Part shown: one piece after another, positions 41,099-51,442 of the stretch | Numbering within the stretch: the first letter of the stretch is position 1 | Layout: the number at the start of each line of letters is the position of its first letter | Source: Dehalococcoidia bacterium | GTDB taxonomy: Bacteria > Chloroflexota > Dehalococcoidia > Plut-88900 | Length of the DNA: 64,000 nucleotides | Assembly: GCA_965197585.1 (NCBI GenBank) | Contig: OZ240215.1 | Location: forward strand, 2,688,001-2,752,000 | Direction of reading: 5' to 3' | Notes under the pieces: model-generated | What the model saw: the letters and a program-made list of their open reading frames with translations, nothing else | Database searches by the model: none | Told to the model about the DNA's origin: nothing | Program-made: the position numbers and the translations under genes

Positions 41099-42121
41099 GT
41101 GACCCAGACAGCAAAACTAACCACTCCCGAGACTGCCCTCCGTGCGGCCCGAGAATCCGCCGTTCTCGCACATCGCCCGGCTCCCGGCGTCCTCCGCATG
41201 ACCGGTGAGGACGCCCTGGACCTTATAAATCGCCTTTCCACGAACGAAGTCGAGGAGATGGCCGCCGGTTCGGGACTGTCCACCGTGCTCACCACCAACA
41301 AGGGCAGAGTCGTCGATTTGCTCACCATGTTCTATCTCCCCGACCACTGGCTGGTTCTTACTTCTCCCGGCAATCTGCAGAAGGTCATCGACTGGATAGA
41401 GGATTTCACCTTCGGTGAGGAGATAGAGGTAGAAGACGTTACTGCGGAAACCGCAGTGCTCACCATAGTCGGGCCTCGTGCCCCGGCAATCATGCACACC
41501 CTAACGCAGGCTGACCTCTCGGCTCTGCCTATTCACCATTCAATCCAGACCATGATTTCGGGGGCCGAGATGCTGGTGTCGAAGGCCGACCCCGCCCTGG
41601 GCGAGGCGTTCACCATTCTGGCGCCCATAGCATCGGCTGCGGCCCTCCGCGCTGAAATCCTTGGCGCCGGCGAAGCCTTCGGCATGCAAGAGATGGAAGC
41701 GGACTCTTACGAGGCGTTCCGCATAGCTGCGGGAGTTCCGATCCACGGCCCGGAGTTCGGCGAGGAAGTGAACCCGCTGGAGGCTGGGCTTTGGGATGCG
41801 GTCAGCTTTACCAAGGGCTGCTACGTCGGGCAGGAGGTAGTGGCCCGGCTCAACACCTATGAGAAGGTGAAGCGGTACATGGCAATGCTGAGCCTTGAAG
41901 ACGGGACTATCCCTGACGCCGGGACCCCATTAACCGTAGACGGCAAAGATGCGGGTAAGCTCACTTCCGTGTCTCCCATCGCGATTTCGGGCCGCAGGCC
42001 CGCGCTCGGCTATGTTAGAAAAGCCTATGCGAACGCCGAGGCTGCGTTGACTGTAGAATCGGGTGACGGGCCGGTGGCTTGCGAGTTTATCGGGCGGGTC
42101 GGGAAGCGAGACGAGGACTAG
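41099..42121 (+). CDS. ygfZ: YgfZ/GcvT-family folate-binding protein
   Basis: KGCYVGQEVVAR signature; start uncertain (GTG 41099 assumed). Confidence 0.88.
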   Translation: MTQTAKLTTPETALRAARESAVLAHRPAPGVLRMTGEDALDLINRLSTNEVEEMAAGSGLSTVLTTNKGRVVDLLTMFYLPDHWLVLTSPGNLQKVIDWIEDFTFGEEIEVEDVTAETAVLTIVGPRAPAIMHTLTQADLSALPIHHSIQTMISGAEMLVSKADPALGEAFTILAPIASAAALRAEILGAGEAFGMQEMEADSYEAFRIAAGVPIHGPEFGEEVNPLEAGLWDAVSFTKGCYVGQEVVARLNTYEKVKRYMAMLSLEDGTIPDAGTPLTVDGKDAGKLTSVSPIAISGRRPALGYVRKAYANAEAALTVESGDGPVACEFIGRVGKRDED

Positions 42122-44229
42122 CGGGTCGGCAGGCCGAAGGTCTTCAGGGTAGATTCAAGAACGGCGGGGTCGTTGGTCGGGAGGGCGCAGGTGTTTCCGG
42201 CGCACACGTAGGCCCGAGGCCCCCCTTCTCTGGACATCATCCCCTGCACCGCAGGCGGCAACATGCCAGGATTGCTCTTCGCCAGGTCGTACAAGGAGAC
42301 TAACTTGTGGGGCCGGTAAGTGGAGAGAGCTTTACTCCATAGTTCCTGGGTCAGCGCATCATCCGCGGGGCCAACTATGACCGCGTGGGCCGGTGGATTG
42401 AGGTGCTGTTCCAGGGCCAGGAAATAGGTGCTGGCGAACAGGCCGTACTGGGCGCCTGTCGGCCCAAAGAGTTTCAGGGTCTGCTCAGCTTTGTCCCGGT
42501 ACTCCTCCCGGTGGGTCAGGTAGTAGAGTCTATCCAGCGTCAGTGCAGCGACCGAGTTAGTGCCGGGTGTTGGGGAGTCCTGGATGGGTTTCTCGGCACC
42601 CTCCAACCCTACAGAGCCTAGCTTCCAGTCCGCCAGATCGAAGAAACCGCCTTCGATATCGTCCCAGAAGTGCTCGATGGTGAAGTCCATCAGCTCCTGG
42701 GCGAGATCCAGATAGCGGGTCTCGCCAGTAGCTTCGTGGGCGTCGATCAAGGCTCGGGCCATGTGGATCTGGTCGTCGAGAAGGCCATCGACCTTCGCTT
42801 CACCGTCGGCGAGGCTGTGGTAGAATCCGCGCCCCGGCTTGTACGCTTCCCCGATGAGCCGGTCAATGGCCTTTAGCGCCGACTCCCTGCACCTCTCCAA
42901 CCCCAATCCCTTGTACGCCTCCAGGTGTGCAGAGGCCATCATGCCGTTCCATCCAGAATAGACCGTCGTGTCCACGTAAGGCACGGGCCTATTTGCGCGC
43001 GCTACCAGCAACGCCAGGCTCGACTCCCGGATGCGCTCGTTGACGAAGTCCTCGTCCAACTGCAGCCGGCGGGCTATTGCGTCGGGCTGCACGTCGACGA
43101 ATAGGACGTTCTTGGCCGGGTTGTGGTGCATCTCACCTCTGGCCTCGACGTTGTACAGGAGCGAAATGATCCGCGCGTCGTCGGGGGGGAGGACCTCTTC
43201 CAGCTCATCAAGCGTCCAGGTGAAATAGTCTCCGTCGTCTTCCATACCAACATCGGCGTCCTGGCTGGCGTAGAAGCCACCGCGCTCGGGGTCGGAGGCC
43301 ACCTCCGACACCCACTTAACAATCCCCTCGGCGACCTCTCTGAACAGCGTCGATCCCGTGGCCTGATATCCGTGAACGTAGTTTCTGAGGAGCTCCGAGT
43401 TGTCGTAGGACATCTTCTCGAAGTGGGGAACTATCCAACGGTCGTCCACGGAGTAGCGATGAAAGCCTCCGCCAAGCTGGTCGTAGACGCCACCGAGGGC
43501 CATCTTATCGAGGGTCTTGTTGATCATGACGCTAAGCCAGTCTTCCCGCGTCTCGTAGTATCGGCTCAGGGCCAGCTCGATGGCCGAGGTGTGGGGGAAT
43601 TTCGGGGCGCGACCGAAGCCACCGTGCACGAGGTCGAACCCTTGCCCGATGGACTCCAGTGCAACGTCCAAGGCGGAGACTCGGAGCTCGTGGCCCTCCT
43701 CGGCCTGCACGGTCAACTTGTCCAGGTGCTCCTTTATTTTCCGGGCGTTTTCCAGCGCGGACTCCTTGTTGTCCCGGTAGAGCTCGCTGACACGGGTCAG
43801 CAGGGACTTGTAGCCGGGCCTGCCGTGCATGTCATTCTTGGGGAAGTAGGTGCCACCGTAGAAGACCTGCCCCCGCTCGGTGAGGAACGCAGTGAGAGGC
43901 CAGCCGCCCTGACCCGTGATCGCGCCGACGGCGCTCTGGTATCGACGGTCGACCTCGGGTCTTTCGTCCCGGTCGACCTTCACGGCGATAAACCGATCGT
44001 TGATGATGGCCGCCACTTCCTGGTCTTCGTAGCTCTCCCGGTCCATTACGTGGCACCAATGGCACCACACGGCCCCGATGTCCAGAAGCACGGGCTTTCC
44101 TTGCTCGGTGGCCAGGCGGAAGGGCTCGTCGCCCCACGGATGCCACTGGATCGGCTGGTCGGCTGCGCTTTTTAGATAGGCGCTGGTCTCGTGGGCGAGG
44201 CGGTTTGTGGTGGCCTCATCTTGGGTCAT
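42118..44229 (-). CDS. YyaL/SSP411-like thioredoxin-domain protein (DUF255)
   Basis: NRLA.E.S.YL, WCHWCHVM..ES, GGWPLT, PHFEKM.YDN. Confidence 0.92.
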   Translation of the reverse strand: MTQDEATTNRLAHETSAYLKSAADQPIQWHPWGDEPFRLATEQGKPVLLDIGAVWCHWCHVMDRESYEDQEVAAIINDRFIAVKVDRDERPEVDRRYQSAVGAITGQGGWPLTAFLTERGQVFYGGTYFPKNDMHGRPGYKSLLTRVSELYRDNKESALENARKIKEHLDKLTVQAEEGHELRVSALDVALESIGQGFDLVHGGFGRAPKFPHTSAIELALSRYYETREDWLSVMINKTLDKMALGGVYDQLGGGFHRYSVDDRWIVPHFEKMSYDNSELLRNYVHGYQATGSTLFREVAEGIVKWVSEVASDPERGGFYASQDADVGMEDDGDYFTWTLDELEEVLPPDDARIISLLYNVEARGEMHHNPAKNVLFVDVQPDAIARRLQLDEDFVNERIRESSLALLVARANRPVPYVDTTVYSGWNGMMASAHLEAYKGLGLERCRESALKAIDRLIGEAYKPGRGFYHSLADGEAKVDGLLDDQIHMARALIDAHEATGETRYLDLAQELMDFTIEHFWDDIEGGFFDLADWKLGSVGLEGAEKPIQDSPTPGTNSVAALTLDRLYYLTHREEYRDKAEQTLKLFGPTGAQYGLFASTYFLALEQHLNPPAHAVIVGPADDALTQELWSKALSTYRPHKLVSLYDLAKSNPGMLPPAVQGMMSREGGPRAYVCAGNTCALPTNDPAVLESTLKTFGLPTR

Positions 44230-44397
44230 GGGAATACCTTTCTCGTCAGAATGGTGTAGCCCAAATTATACCCCCAAAGCTCCTGGCTACCTTCTCCCTA
44301 GTTGTTAGAGCTGAGGTGGGGTGTGTTCCCAGACTCTGCGCGTATTGGGCATCCCGAACAACAATGGTATATTACTTCTGCAAGAGGAGAATTCCCC

Positions 44398-45186
44398 ATG
44401 AACAACCATAACAAATCAGCCGCCGATGTCAGGGCAGAAATCCGTACCGGCGCCTTCGCTGGGGTCACCGCGGGCCTCGCACCCGGCTCTACACAGGCTA
44501 ACCTGGCCATACTTCCCAAGGAGTACGCCTTTGACTTCCTCCTCTTCTGCCAACGTAACCGCAAACCCTGCCCACTCATCGAGGTGCTGGAACCGGGTCA
44601 GCCCGAGCCTCTAGCCTCGGCTCCCGGCGCGGACATCCGCACCGACCTGCCCGCCTACCGCATCTACCGCGACGGCGTCCTGGAAGCTGAGGTCCCAGAG
44701 ATAAGCGAATACTGGCGAGACGACCTGGTGTCGTTCCTGATGGGGTGCAGCTTCACTTTCGAAGAGGCCCTGATCCGGGCCCAAATACCGATGCGTCACA
44801 TAGAGGAGGGGACGAACGTCTCCATGTACGTCACCAATATGGAGACACGCAGTGCGGGCGTATTCTCGGGGCCTATGGTGGTCAGCATGCGCCCCATTCC
44901 GCACTCCCAGGTAGTGAAGGCCGTCCAAGTCACGTCCCGCTACCCGGACGTGCACGGGGCTCCCGTTCACATTGGGAACCCTGAGGCTATCGGCATCCGT
45001 GACATTTCCAAGCCCGACTACGGAGACCCCGTAGAAATCCGGGAGAACGAGACCCCCGTATTCTGGGCCTGTGGCGTGACACCCCAGGCCGTCGCCGAGA
45101 AGTCTCGGCCCTCCTTGATGATCACCCACGCCCCGGGCTACATGTTCGTAACAGACATACCCAACGAGACTACGGCGGCACTATGA
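44398..45186 (+). CDS. DUF1445/YcsI putative hydro-lyase (D-glutamate cyclase family)
   Basis: [51 protein letters not shown]. Confidence 0.9.
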   Translation: MNNHNKSAADVRAEIRTGAFAGVTAGLAPGSTQANLAILPKEYAFDFLLFCQRNRKPCPLIEVLEPGQPEPLASAPGADIRTDLPAYRIYRDGVLEAEVPEISEYWRDDLVSFLMGCSFTFEEALIRAQIPMRHIEEGTNVSMYVTNMETRSAGVFSGPMVVSMRPIPHSQVVKAVQVTSRYPDVHGAPVHIGNPEAIGIRDISKPDYGDPVEIRENETPVFWACGVTPQAVAEKSRPSLMITHAPGYMFVTDIPNETTAAL

Positions 45187-46034
45187 CCATAGAAGACATT
45201 ATCCTAAGCGGCGACACGCGAGGCGTATCGCGTCTCAGGAGGAGGCTGCCTGCCGATTTCTGCCAAAGCGCTGCCCAGTACGTGCTCGACTCAGAGGGGT
45301 GTGTGCTCATTCTTACGGGCTTCTACGTCAAGGGTTCATGGGAGACCGACGGGCCGCCCGGCGCCCTTGCCATAGGCCGCGCTCTGGAGGCGCTGGGGCG
45401 CAAGGTCATTTATGTCACGGACGGGGCTGCCCCCATGCTTCGTAGCCTGGTCGGCGGCCCGAAGGACAAGGTACGCGAGTTTCCCATAACCGGACATGAG
45501 GCCAGCAAGATCGCAGCCAGGTCGATTACGACGGAACTGAAGCCGGGGCTCGCCATATCCATCGAGCGATGCGGGATGACGAGGGATCCAAAGCTTTACC
45601 TGAACATGCGCGGCGTCGACATCTCTGAGCACACTGCGAAGCTGGACTACCTGTTCCGGGCCGCCCGCAAAACCGTCGCCATAGGAGACGGCGGCAACGA
45701 GATAGGAATGGGGTCCGTGTATGATTACATCCCCGCAGTATCGACACTAGTCCCAGATCCTGCCGTCACTCCCACCGACCACCTGATCATCGCAAGCGTG
45801 TCCAACTGGGGGGGCTACGGCCTGGTCAGTAGCCTGTCAATTCTCACCGGCAAGGACCTTCTCCCATCCGCGGAAGAGGAGTTCGAGATGGTCAAACAGT
45901 GGATCGACCTGGGAGGGGTGGATGGGATCTCGGGGGAGAAGGTCTATACAGTCGATAACATGGATGCCGGACAAACTGCCAACATTCTTTCACGGCTCCA
46001 GCAGGAAGTCGCAGCGTCGAGGGAGGCGGCATGA
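45183..46034 (+). CDS. DUF4392 protein (D-glutamate cyclase-like C-terminal domain)
   Basis: TGF....[41 protein letters not shown]. Confidence 0.88.
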   Translation: MTIEDIILSGDTRGVSRLRRRLPADFCQSAAQYVLDSEGCVLILTGFYVKGSWETDGPPGALAIGRALEALGRKVIYVTDGAAPMLRSLVGGPKDKVREFPITGHEASKIAARSITTELKPGLAISIERCGMTRDPKLYLNMRGVDISEHTAKLDYLFRAARKTVAIGDGGNEIGMGSVYDYIPAVSTLVPDPAVTPTDHLIIASVSNWGGYGLVSSLSILTGKDLLPSAEEEFEMVKQWIDLGGVDGISGEKVYTVDNMDAGQTANILSRLQQEVAASREAA

Positions 46035-46969
46035 AGATCTGCTCGCTGCTGCCCAGCAGCACCGAGATAGTGTTCGCCCTGGGGCTCGGTGACTCACTGG
46101 TCGGGGTGACCCATGAATGTGATTTCCCCTCGGAGACCGCCTCCATTCCGTCAGTCACCTCCAGCGTGGTCAACGGAGAGTCGATGACCGGCAGGCAGAT
46201 CCACGATGCGATCACCGGTCTGGTACACGGTGGGAGCAGCATCTACAACCTGAACCGTGAGCTGTTGGACGAGGCCAGCCCCGACCTTATCCTGACGCAG
46301 GAGCTCTGCGACGTCTGCGCCGTATCCTACAGGCAGGTCGCGGCGGCAGCTTCAATGCTTCAGTGCGATACCCGAGTGGTATCCCTGGAGCCTAACACCC
46401 TGGACCAGATCCTAGATACGATACGCATCGTGGGTGAGCTTGCCGGGGTCGAATCACAGGCTAAATCCGTTGTCTCCAGCCTCCGTGCTCGTATAGACAG
46501 GGTTGGGGAAATTGCCGCTCGAGCGCAGCACAAGCCCAGAGTCCTCTGCATGGAGTGGATCGACCCAGTCTTCATCGGCGGGCACTGGGTGCCGGAGATG
46601 GTCGCGATTGCGGGTGGAGAAGACGGCCTGGGCATTGCCGGGAAGCCATCTTTCCAGGTCGATTGGCAGCGTATTGCCGAATACAACCCTGACTTGATAG
46701 TGGTCATGCCCTGCGGGTTCAGTGCAGGACAGGCTTTGAAGGAGTTGGAGCAGACAGTCTTGCCGGATGAGTGGCATGGGCTGGATGCCGTGGCCCGGGG
46801 AGAGGTCTACGTGGTCGACGGGTCGTCGTACTTCAACCGTCCCGGACCTAGAGTCGTGGACGGGCTGGAAATCCTTGCCCAGATTTTCCATCCCGAACTC
46901 TTCTCGGGCCCCGAGGCCAAGTTCGGAGGGCTGGTAAAGACACCGTACCCCATCCGTACCGGGAGCTAG
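46031..46969 (+). CDS. BtuF/cobalamin-binding-like protein (ABC SBP fold, no obvious signal peptide)
   Basis: SLLPSSTEIV.ALG, VTHECDFP, TQELCDVCAV, GHWVPEM, FNRPGPR. Confidence 0.85.
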   Translation: MKICSLLPSSTEIVFALGLGDSLVGVTHECDFPSETASIPSVTSSVVNGESMTGRQIHDAITGLVHGGSSIYNLNRELLDEASPDLILTQELCDVCAVSYRQVAAAASMLQCDTRVVSLEPNTLDQILDTIRIVGELAGVESQAKSVVSSLRARIDRVGEIAARAQHKPRVLCMEWIDPVFIGGHWVPEMVAIAGGEDGLGIAGKPSFQVDWQRIAEYNPDLIVVMPCGFSAGQALKELEQTVLPDEWHGLDAVARGEVYVVDGSSYFNRPGPRVVDGLEILAQIFHPELFSGPEAKFGGLVKTPYPIRTGS

Positions 46970-46976
46970 AGGTCTC

Positions 46977-47378
46977 ATGACCGCCGATCGGGATGCCATA
47001 TCAGAGGTGACCGCGGCCAACGAACGGTTCTACCGCGCTTTCGAAAGCCTGAACGTGGAGCAGATGGCCCGGGTGTGGGCGCAGGACGACACCGCACAGG
47101 TTATTCATCCCGGCTGGAGAATCAAGCTAGGCTGGGATGAGGTGAGGGACAGCTGGGCTGCCATTTTCGCCAACACGAGGTACATGGAGTTCCACCTGAC
47201 GGACGTGCATGTACTGGTGTCGGGGCCGTGGGCACGGGTCACGTGCGTCGAGAACCTGAGAAGCGTCGCCGGTGGGCAGGAGAATATGGGACAGGTCCAG
47301 GCGACCAACCTCTTCACTCTAACGGGCGACGAATGGTTGATGGTCCACCACCACGGCTCGCCTATCTTCACCGCTTGA
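46977..47378 (+). CDS. NTF2/SnoaL-like protein
   Basis: AN.RFY.AFE, HPGW....GW..VR.SW..IF, ATN.F, HHHGS. Confidence 0.85.
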   Translation: MTADRDAISEVTAANERFYRAFESLNVEQMARVWAQDDTAQVIHPGWRIKLGWDEVRDSWAAIFANTRYMEFHLTDVHVLVSGPWARVTCVENLRSVAGGQENMGQVQATNLFTLTGDEWLMVHHHGSPIFTA

Positions 47379-47384
47379 ACGGGT

Positions 47385-48815
47385 CTACTCTTCAATGCGT
47401 GCGAGGCGTCTCACCTTCTCCGCTGCTGCATCGAAGTCGTAGCCGTGGATGGTCATCATCTTCTGGGCCTGGGGCGAGCCTGCACCGTGGTATTGACTTA
47501 TCAAGGAGTGACTGGCGTACTCGTCGGCAGCGAGGTCCCGGACAAAGTTGTATAGCCGCAATCGCTGGTCGGCGGTGGCCTTGTCGCCGCCCGACAGGTA
47601 CTTCCTGAAGGTGGCGTGGAGGTCGGGGTGATTGTAGTCGGTCTCCCAAGGCTGAGTGGCGATAATTGCGCCGCCGATGTCTATCAGGTGTTTGTACATG
47701 TCGCTAAGCTTGTCGGTGAACATGAACTTGGCCACGTTGGTTATGACGCCGTTGGGTATGGCCATACCGTCGGAGACAGTGCTAGTCATAGCGGCAGAAG
47801 TTACGAAGGCATCCATTGCACTGGCCAGCATGGCGAATTCGAAAAGGTGGTCACGGATGTGGGGCGCCTTTTCGACACCGTTGTACTTGGCCAGGAGATA
47901 GGCTGCTCCGGCCAATACCTCCGCACCGTGTTTCATGGAGCACAGCGCCGAGTAGCGGAGCAGCAGACCCAGGCCCCGGGCTATGGGCTGGGACAGCCAG
48001 TCCTCTCCGTTCTGGATGACGCGCTCCCAGGGCACGAACACGTCGTCGAACCAGACGAAGCACTCGGAGCCCGGTATGTCATGGCTGACCGGGTATTCAA
48101 AGCTGGACCCCACCATGCGACGGGGCTTCATCAGCAGCTTCACTCCCTCCGTACCCGGTGACACAATGCACGTCACGGAGTACTCGGACTCGTCGGGCTT
48201 CATCTTCTTGGTGGGCATGACTACAAGCTCGTGCATGTAAGCGGCACCGGAGATGTGGGCCTTCATGCCGCGGATGACGATGCCGTCGTCACGTTCGGCG
48301 ACCTTGCGGACGTACAGGTCGGGGTCTGCCTGCTGGCTGGGATGAAGGGACCGGTCGCCCTTGGTGTCGGACATGGCTACGGCCATGATCAGGTCCTCGT
48401 CCCGGAAGCGGCGGTAGAGGGAGTCGACGTTGGCCTTATACATGGGGTTGGCCTCGGCCAGGTCCCCGGACACCATGTAGAGCGAAAGCATGGCGTCGCT
48501 CAGAGCTGCTGCCGACCCATACCCCAACTGGCCACCCGTCGCCAGCGCTTTGGCCCGCTTCAGCAGGTCTTCGGGGGTCTTGGGTGGGATCAGGAAGAGG
48601 TCCGCCGGTTCTCCGGTCTCGGGGTCGGGGGCGGTGAAGATGTCCTTCAAGGCCGGGTCGTGAAACCGCTGATACTCTCGCGAGAAGAAGAGGGCGCCTT
48701 GTCGGGTGACGGGGTGTTCGGTGACGTCAGTGATCTTTTCGCCGTCGGCATAGATTACCCTCCCGTCCCGGATGCTCTCAAGGTAGTCCTCGGGTGTTTT
48801 GAAGGTCTTGGTCAT
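47385..48815 (-). CDS. HpaB / 4-hydroxybutyryl-CoA dehydratase family flavoprotein
   Basis: YLESIRDGR, DTKGDRS, DGIVIRG.KAHISG, FDDVFVPWERV, HGAGSPQAQK. Confidence 0.88.
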   Translation of the reverse strand: MTKTFKTPEDYLESIRDGRVIYADGEKITDVTEHPVTRQGALFFSREYQRFHDPALKDIFTAPDPETGEPADLFLIPPKTPEDLLKRAKALATGGQLGYGSAAALSDAMLSLYMVSGDLAEANPMYKANVDSLYRRFRDEDLIMAVAMSDTKGDRSLHPSQQADPDLYVRKVAERDDGIVIRGMKAHISGAAYMHELVVMPTKKMKPDESEYSVTCIVSPGTEGVKLLMKPRRMVGSSFEYPVSHDIPGSECFVWFDDVFVPWERVIQNGEDWLSQPIARGLGLLLRYSALCSMKHGAEVLAGAAYLLAKYNGVEKAPHIRDHLFEFAMLASAMDAFVTSAAMTSTVSDGMAIPNGVITNVAKFMFTDKLSDMYKHLIDIGGAIIATQPWETDYNHPDLHATFRKYLSGGDKATADQRLRLYNFVRDLAADEYASHSLISQYHGAGSPQAQKMMTIHGYDFDAAAEKVRRLARIEE

Positions 48816-48858
48816 GGCGTTGTCTCCCCTGTTTGGTCTCGGGCTGGGTTTCTGAACC

Positions 48859-49641
48859 TTGACCCGCGCCCCTTACGATTCCTATACTCGCCCCGTGCGC
48901 CCCCTCAGCTATTCCCAGATATCAGCTTATCAGACCTGTCCCCTATTCTACAGGTTCCAATACATCGATAAGCTGCCGACCAAGCCGAGGTTCTACTTCA
49001 GCTTCGGCAACACGCTGCACCGTTGCGCGCAGTTTTTCTTCAAGAAGAAGGGGCAAGGCCCCCCGTCCCTTGAGGACTTTCTGGAATTTTATAACCAGGC
49101 ATGGAGCTCGGCGGGGTATTTCAGCAGGAGGCAGGAGGCAGCGGACAAGCAGACCGGCAGGGAGATACTGACACAGTTCTGGGAGCTCAACTCAAGGGAC
49201 TACCATCTCCCCCTCGCAACCGAAAAGTGGTTCACCGTAAACGTAGGGGGTGTTCCATTCCGGGGCTACATAGACCGGGTGGACATATCGCCAACCGGGG
49301 GACTGAACATTCTCGACTACAAGAGCGGAAAGAGGGACATATCCAAGGACGAAGTCGAGGAGAGCCTTCAGCTGAGCATGTATCAGATCGGGGCGCAGGG
49401 GACGTGGCTTCTACCAGTCGAGAAGTTGTCTCTGTACCACCTGCGCTCCAATACCAACGTGGAGGTCGAGGCCCGGGACGATAACACCATCAAACGGGCC
49501 GAGGAAACGGTCACCACAGTTTCACAATCAATAGAGAACAAGGAGTTCGAGCCCCGCCTCAACACCTCGTGCCCCTGCGAGTTTTCCGAACTATGCCCGC
49601 TGTTTAATCCCGACGCGGACCCTGAGGCTCCCGGGTCCTGA
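48859..49641 (+). CDS. PD-(D/E)XK nuclease, RecB/AddB/Cas4-like, standalone
   Basis: LSYSQI..Y..CP, FG..LH, G.IDRVD, ILDYKSG, QL..Y, C-terminal Cys cluster. Confidence 0.88.
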   Translation: MTRAPYDSYTRPVRPLSYSQISAYQTCPLFYRFQYIDKLPTKPRFYFSFGNTLHRCAQFFFKKKGQGPPSLEDFLEFYNQAWSSAGYFSRRQEAADKQTGREILTQFWELNSRDYHLPLATEKWFTVNVGGVPFRGYIDRVDISPTGGLNILDYKSGKRDISKDEVEESLQLSMYQIGAQGTWLLPVEKLSLYHLRSNTNVEVEARDDNTIKRAEETVTTVSQSIENKEFEPRLNTSCPCEFSELCPLFNPDADPEAPGS

Positions 49642-50194
49642 CCTTTTCTCCCTTGAGCAATGCCTCGGCGGCCAAGACTATTGCGCCCAGTTCCACGGGC
49701 AGCGCAGTCAGCGCCTCATCCAGCACTTTTCTGGACTGTCTGACGTAGCGCATGGGTTCGTGGAACAAGAGGTTGCCGTCCAGCATAGCCACCTCCTTCG
49801 CCATCCCGACGCCCGGGACGGAATTCCAGAGTCCGGAGAGGGCCTTTTCTCGAAGCGCTTCAGGACTCCCCTTTTGACCGTTGCCAAGAACCGCCGAAAG
49901 CATCTCAGCGACGGACGTCTGCGTCACGCCCGAATCGGCGAGGCGAAAGGCTTCCCTCAACGGGCCTGGAGGAATGAATCGGGCCGCAATCCGGGAGCCG
50001 ACCAGCCACGCCACTCCTTTACCCAACCCCGAAGCTCCGGCGGTCTTGGCAAGGGAGTCGGCCCAGCGTTTTGCCGAGGGGCCTGACAACACACCGGCAT
50101 TTTCCGAGAGTGCCATCTCGGCCGCCTGCCCTATGGCCGCGGCGAGAATACGCATTTCCATCCGTTTGCTAATCAGGACTCGGCGAAGGAGCAT
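49604..50194 (-). CDS. Hypothetical protein
   Basis: 196 aa ORF co-oriented with the upstream minus-strand operon. Confidence 0.55.
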   Translation of the reverse strand: MLLRRVLISKRMEMRILAAAIGQAAEMALSENAGVLSGPSAKRWADSLAKTAGASGLGKGVAWLVGSRIAARFIPPGPLREAFRLADSGVTQTSVAEMLSAVLGNGQKGSPEALREKALSGLWNSVPGVGMAKEVAMLDGNLLFHEPMRYVRQSRKVLDEALTALPVELGAIVLAAEALLKGEKVRTREPQGPRRD

Positions 50195-50213
50195 AGTTAT
50201 TCTGCCTGCCTGT

Positions 50214-51440
50214 TTAAGAGCAAATGGATTCTGCAGTCAGGGCCAGGACTCGGCTGCAGAGCTCCATCTCGTCGATGTCCGAGTAGTCGTTGCCGTAGGA
50301 GCCGCCTGCGGGCCCGTAAATCGGCGCGGGGATGCCTGCCAGCCACAGGTGGGCGTCGTCGTCCCCGTACCTGGCAGAAAGGGCTGAGGACGGGAGACCA
50401 ACCCCCTTGGGGTCGTTGCCAGTTACCTTTCGGTAGCTGTCGGACACCACTTTCACAATCTCCTCGTCTTCGGACATGTCCATGGGCGGGTGGTCCAGAA
50501 TCCACGTCTTGAACTTCCGCTCGATGGGGTTCACCAACTCGTATTCGAAGTCGGGATCTTCTTCGCGAAGCGCGCTGAGAGTAGCTTCCAGGTCGGCACG
50601 TATGGTGTCCGCGGTCATGCCAGGCACCGTGCTTATGGCGATGAACGCCGTGCACAGGTCACAATTCCGGCTGACGGAACGCATGTCGTAGCTTTCGCCC
50701 CTCCCACCGATAATCGAGCCGATTTTCAGCCACGGCAGCCCTTCGACAATCCAGGGGGCGTGGTTCAATTTCGTGGCGTATATGGCCTCGATGGCCTTCA
50801 TCATCTTGGGGATTGCGTCCACGCCGGTAACGTCGGCGCCGTGGGGGTGTCGGCCCTTCACGTGTAGAGAGAACTTGCTCATGCCACCGTGTTTGGTGAC
50901 CACGTAATGTGCGCTGTATGGTTCCGTGACCACGGCCACGTCGGTCCGGTAGCCGTGCTCTATCAGGTACTTTGTCCCTAGCCCGCCCTGGAGCTCGGCG
51001 AGGACGCAGGCAACTACGACGTCGCCTCGGAGCTTCACGCCTGACTTTATAATGGCATCTGCGGCGTGGATCATTGAGGCCACACCGCTCTTCATGTTTC
51101 TTATGCCCGCGCCGTAAAGCCTGTTGCCTTCGACCCAAGGCTCGTACGGGTTCCGGGTCCAGCCTGCGGCAATAGGGTTGCTGTCCAGGTGACCGTTGAA
51201 CATGATGCTGCGTCCCCCACCCGACCCCCGAATTACGCCCACCGCCTGGAACCAGCCGGGCTCCACTTCCTGCAGCTCCACCTCAAGGCCTCGGGCCTTC
51301 ATGTACTCGGCGGTCCATCGCGCTGCTGCCGTCTCCTCCCCGATGGGGCTCGGTATCTTAATCAGTGACTTCCCGAGCTCCACCAGCTCGTTACGGTCGA
51401 TCTTGCTCAGTATGGGGTGGTTTGACGTGTCTTCCGGCAT
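50214..51440 (-). CDS. M20/ArgE-DapE family metallo-hydrolase
   Basis: FNGHLD, LYGAG..NMKSG, AVVTEP; metal-ligand motifs diverged (NMK, LAEL). Confidence 0.85.
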   Translation of the reverse strand: MPEDTSNHPILSKIDRNELVELGKSLIKIPSPIGEETAAARWTAEYMKARGLEVELQEVEPGWFQAVGVIRGSGGGRSIMFNGHLDSNPIAAGWTRNPYEPWVEGNRLYGAGIRNMKSGVASMIHAADAIIKSGVKLRGDVVVACVLAELQGGLGTKYLIEHGYRTDVAVVTEPYSAHYVVTKHGGMSKFSLHVKGRHPHGADVTGVDAIPKMMKAIEAIYATKLNHAPWIVEGLPWLKIGSIIGGRGESYDMRSVSRNCDLCTAFIAISTVPGMTADTIRADLEATLSALREEDPDFEYELVNPIERKFKTWILDHPPMDMSEDEEIVKVVSDSYRKVTGNDPKGVGLPSSALSARYGDDDAHLWLAGIPAPIYGPAGGSYGNDYSDIDEMELCSRVLALTAESICS

Positions 51441-51442
51441 AA

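Noticed and set aside
48859-49641. Cas4 / CRISPR locus
   Set aside because: No repeat-spacer array or other cas genes; this is a standalone RecB-like nuclease.
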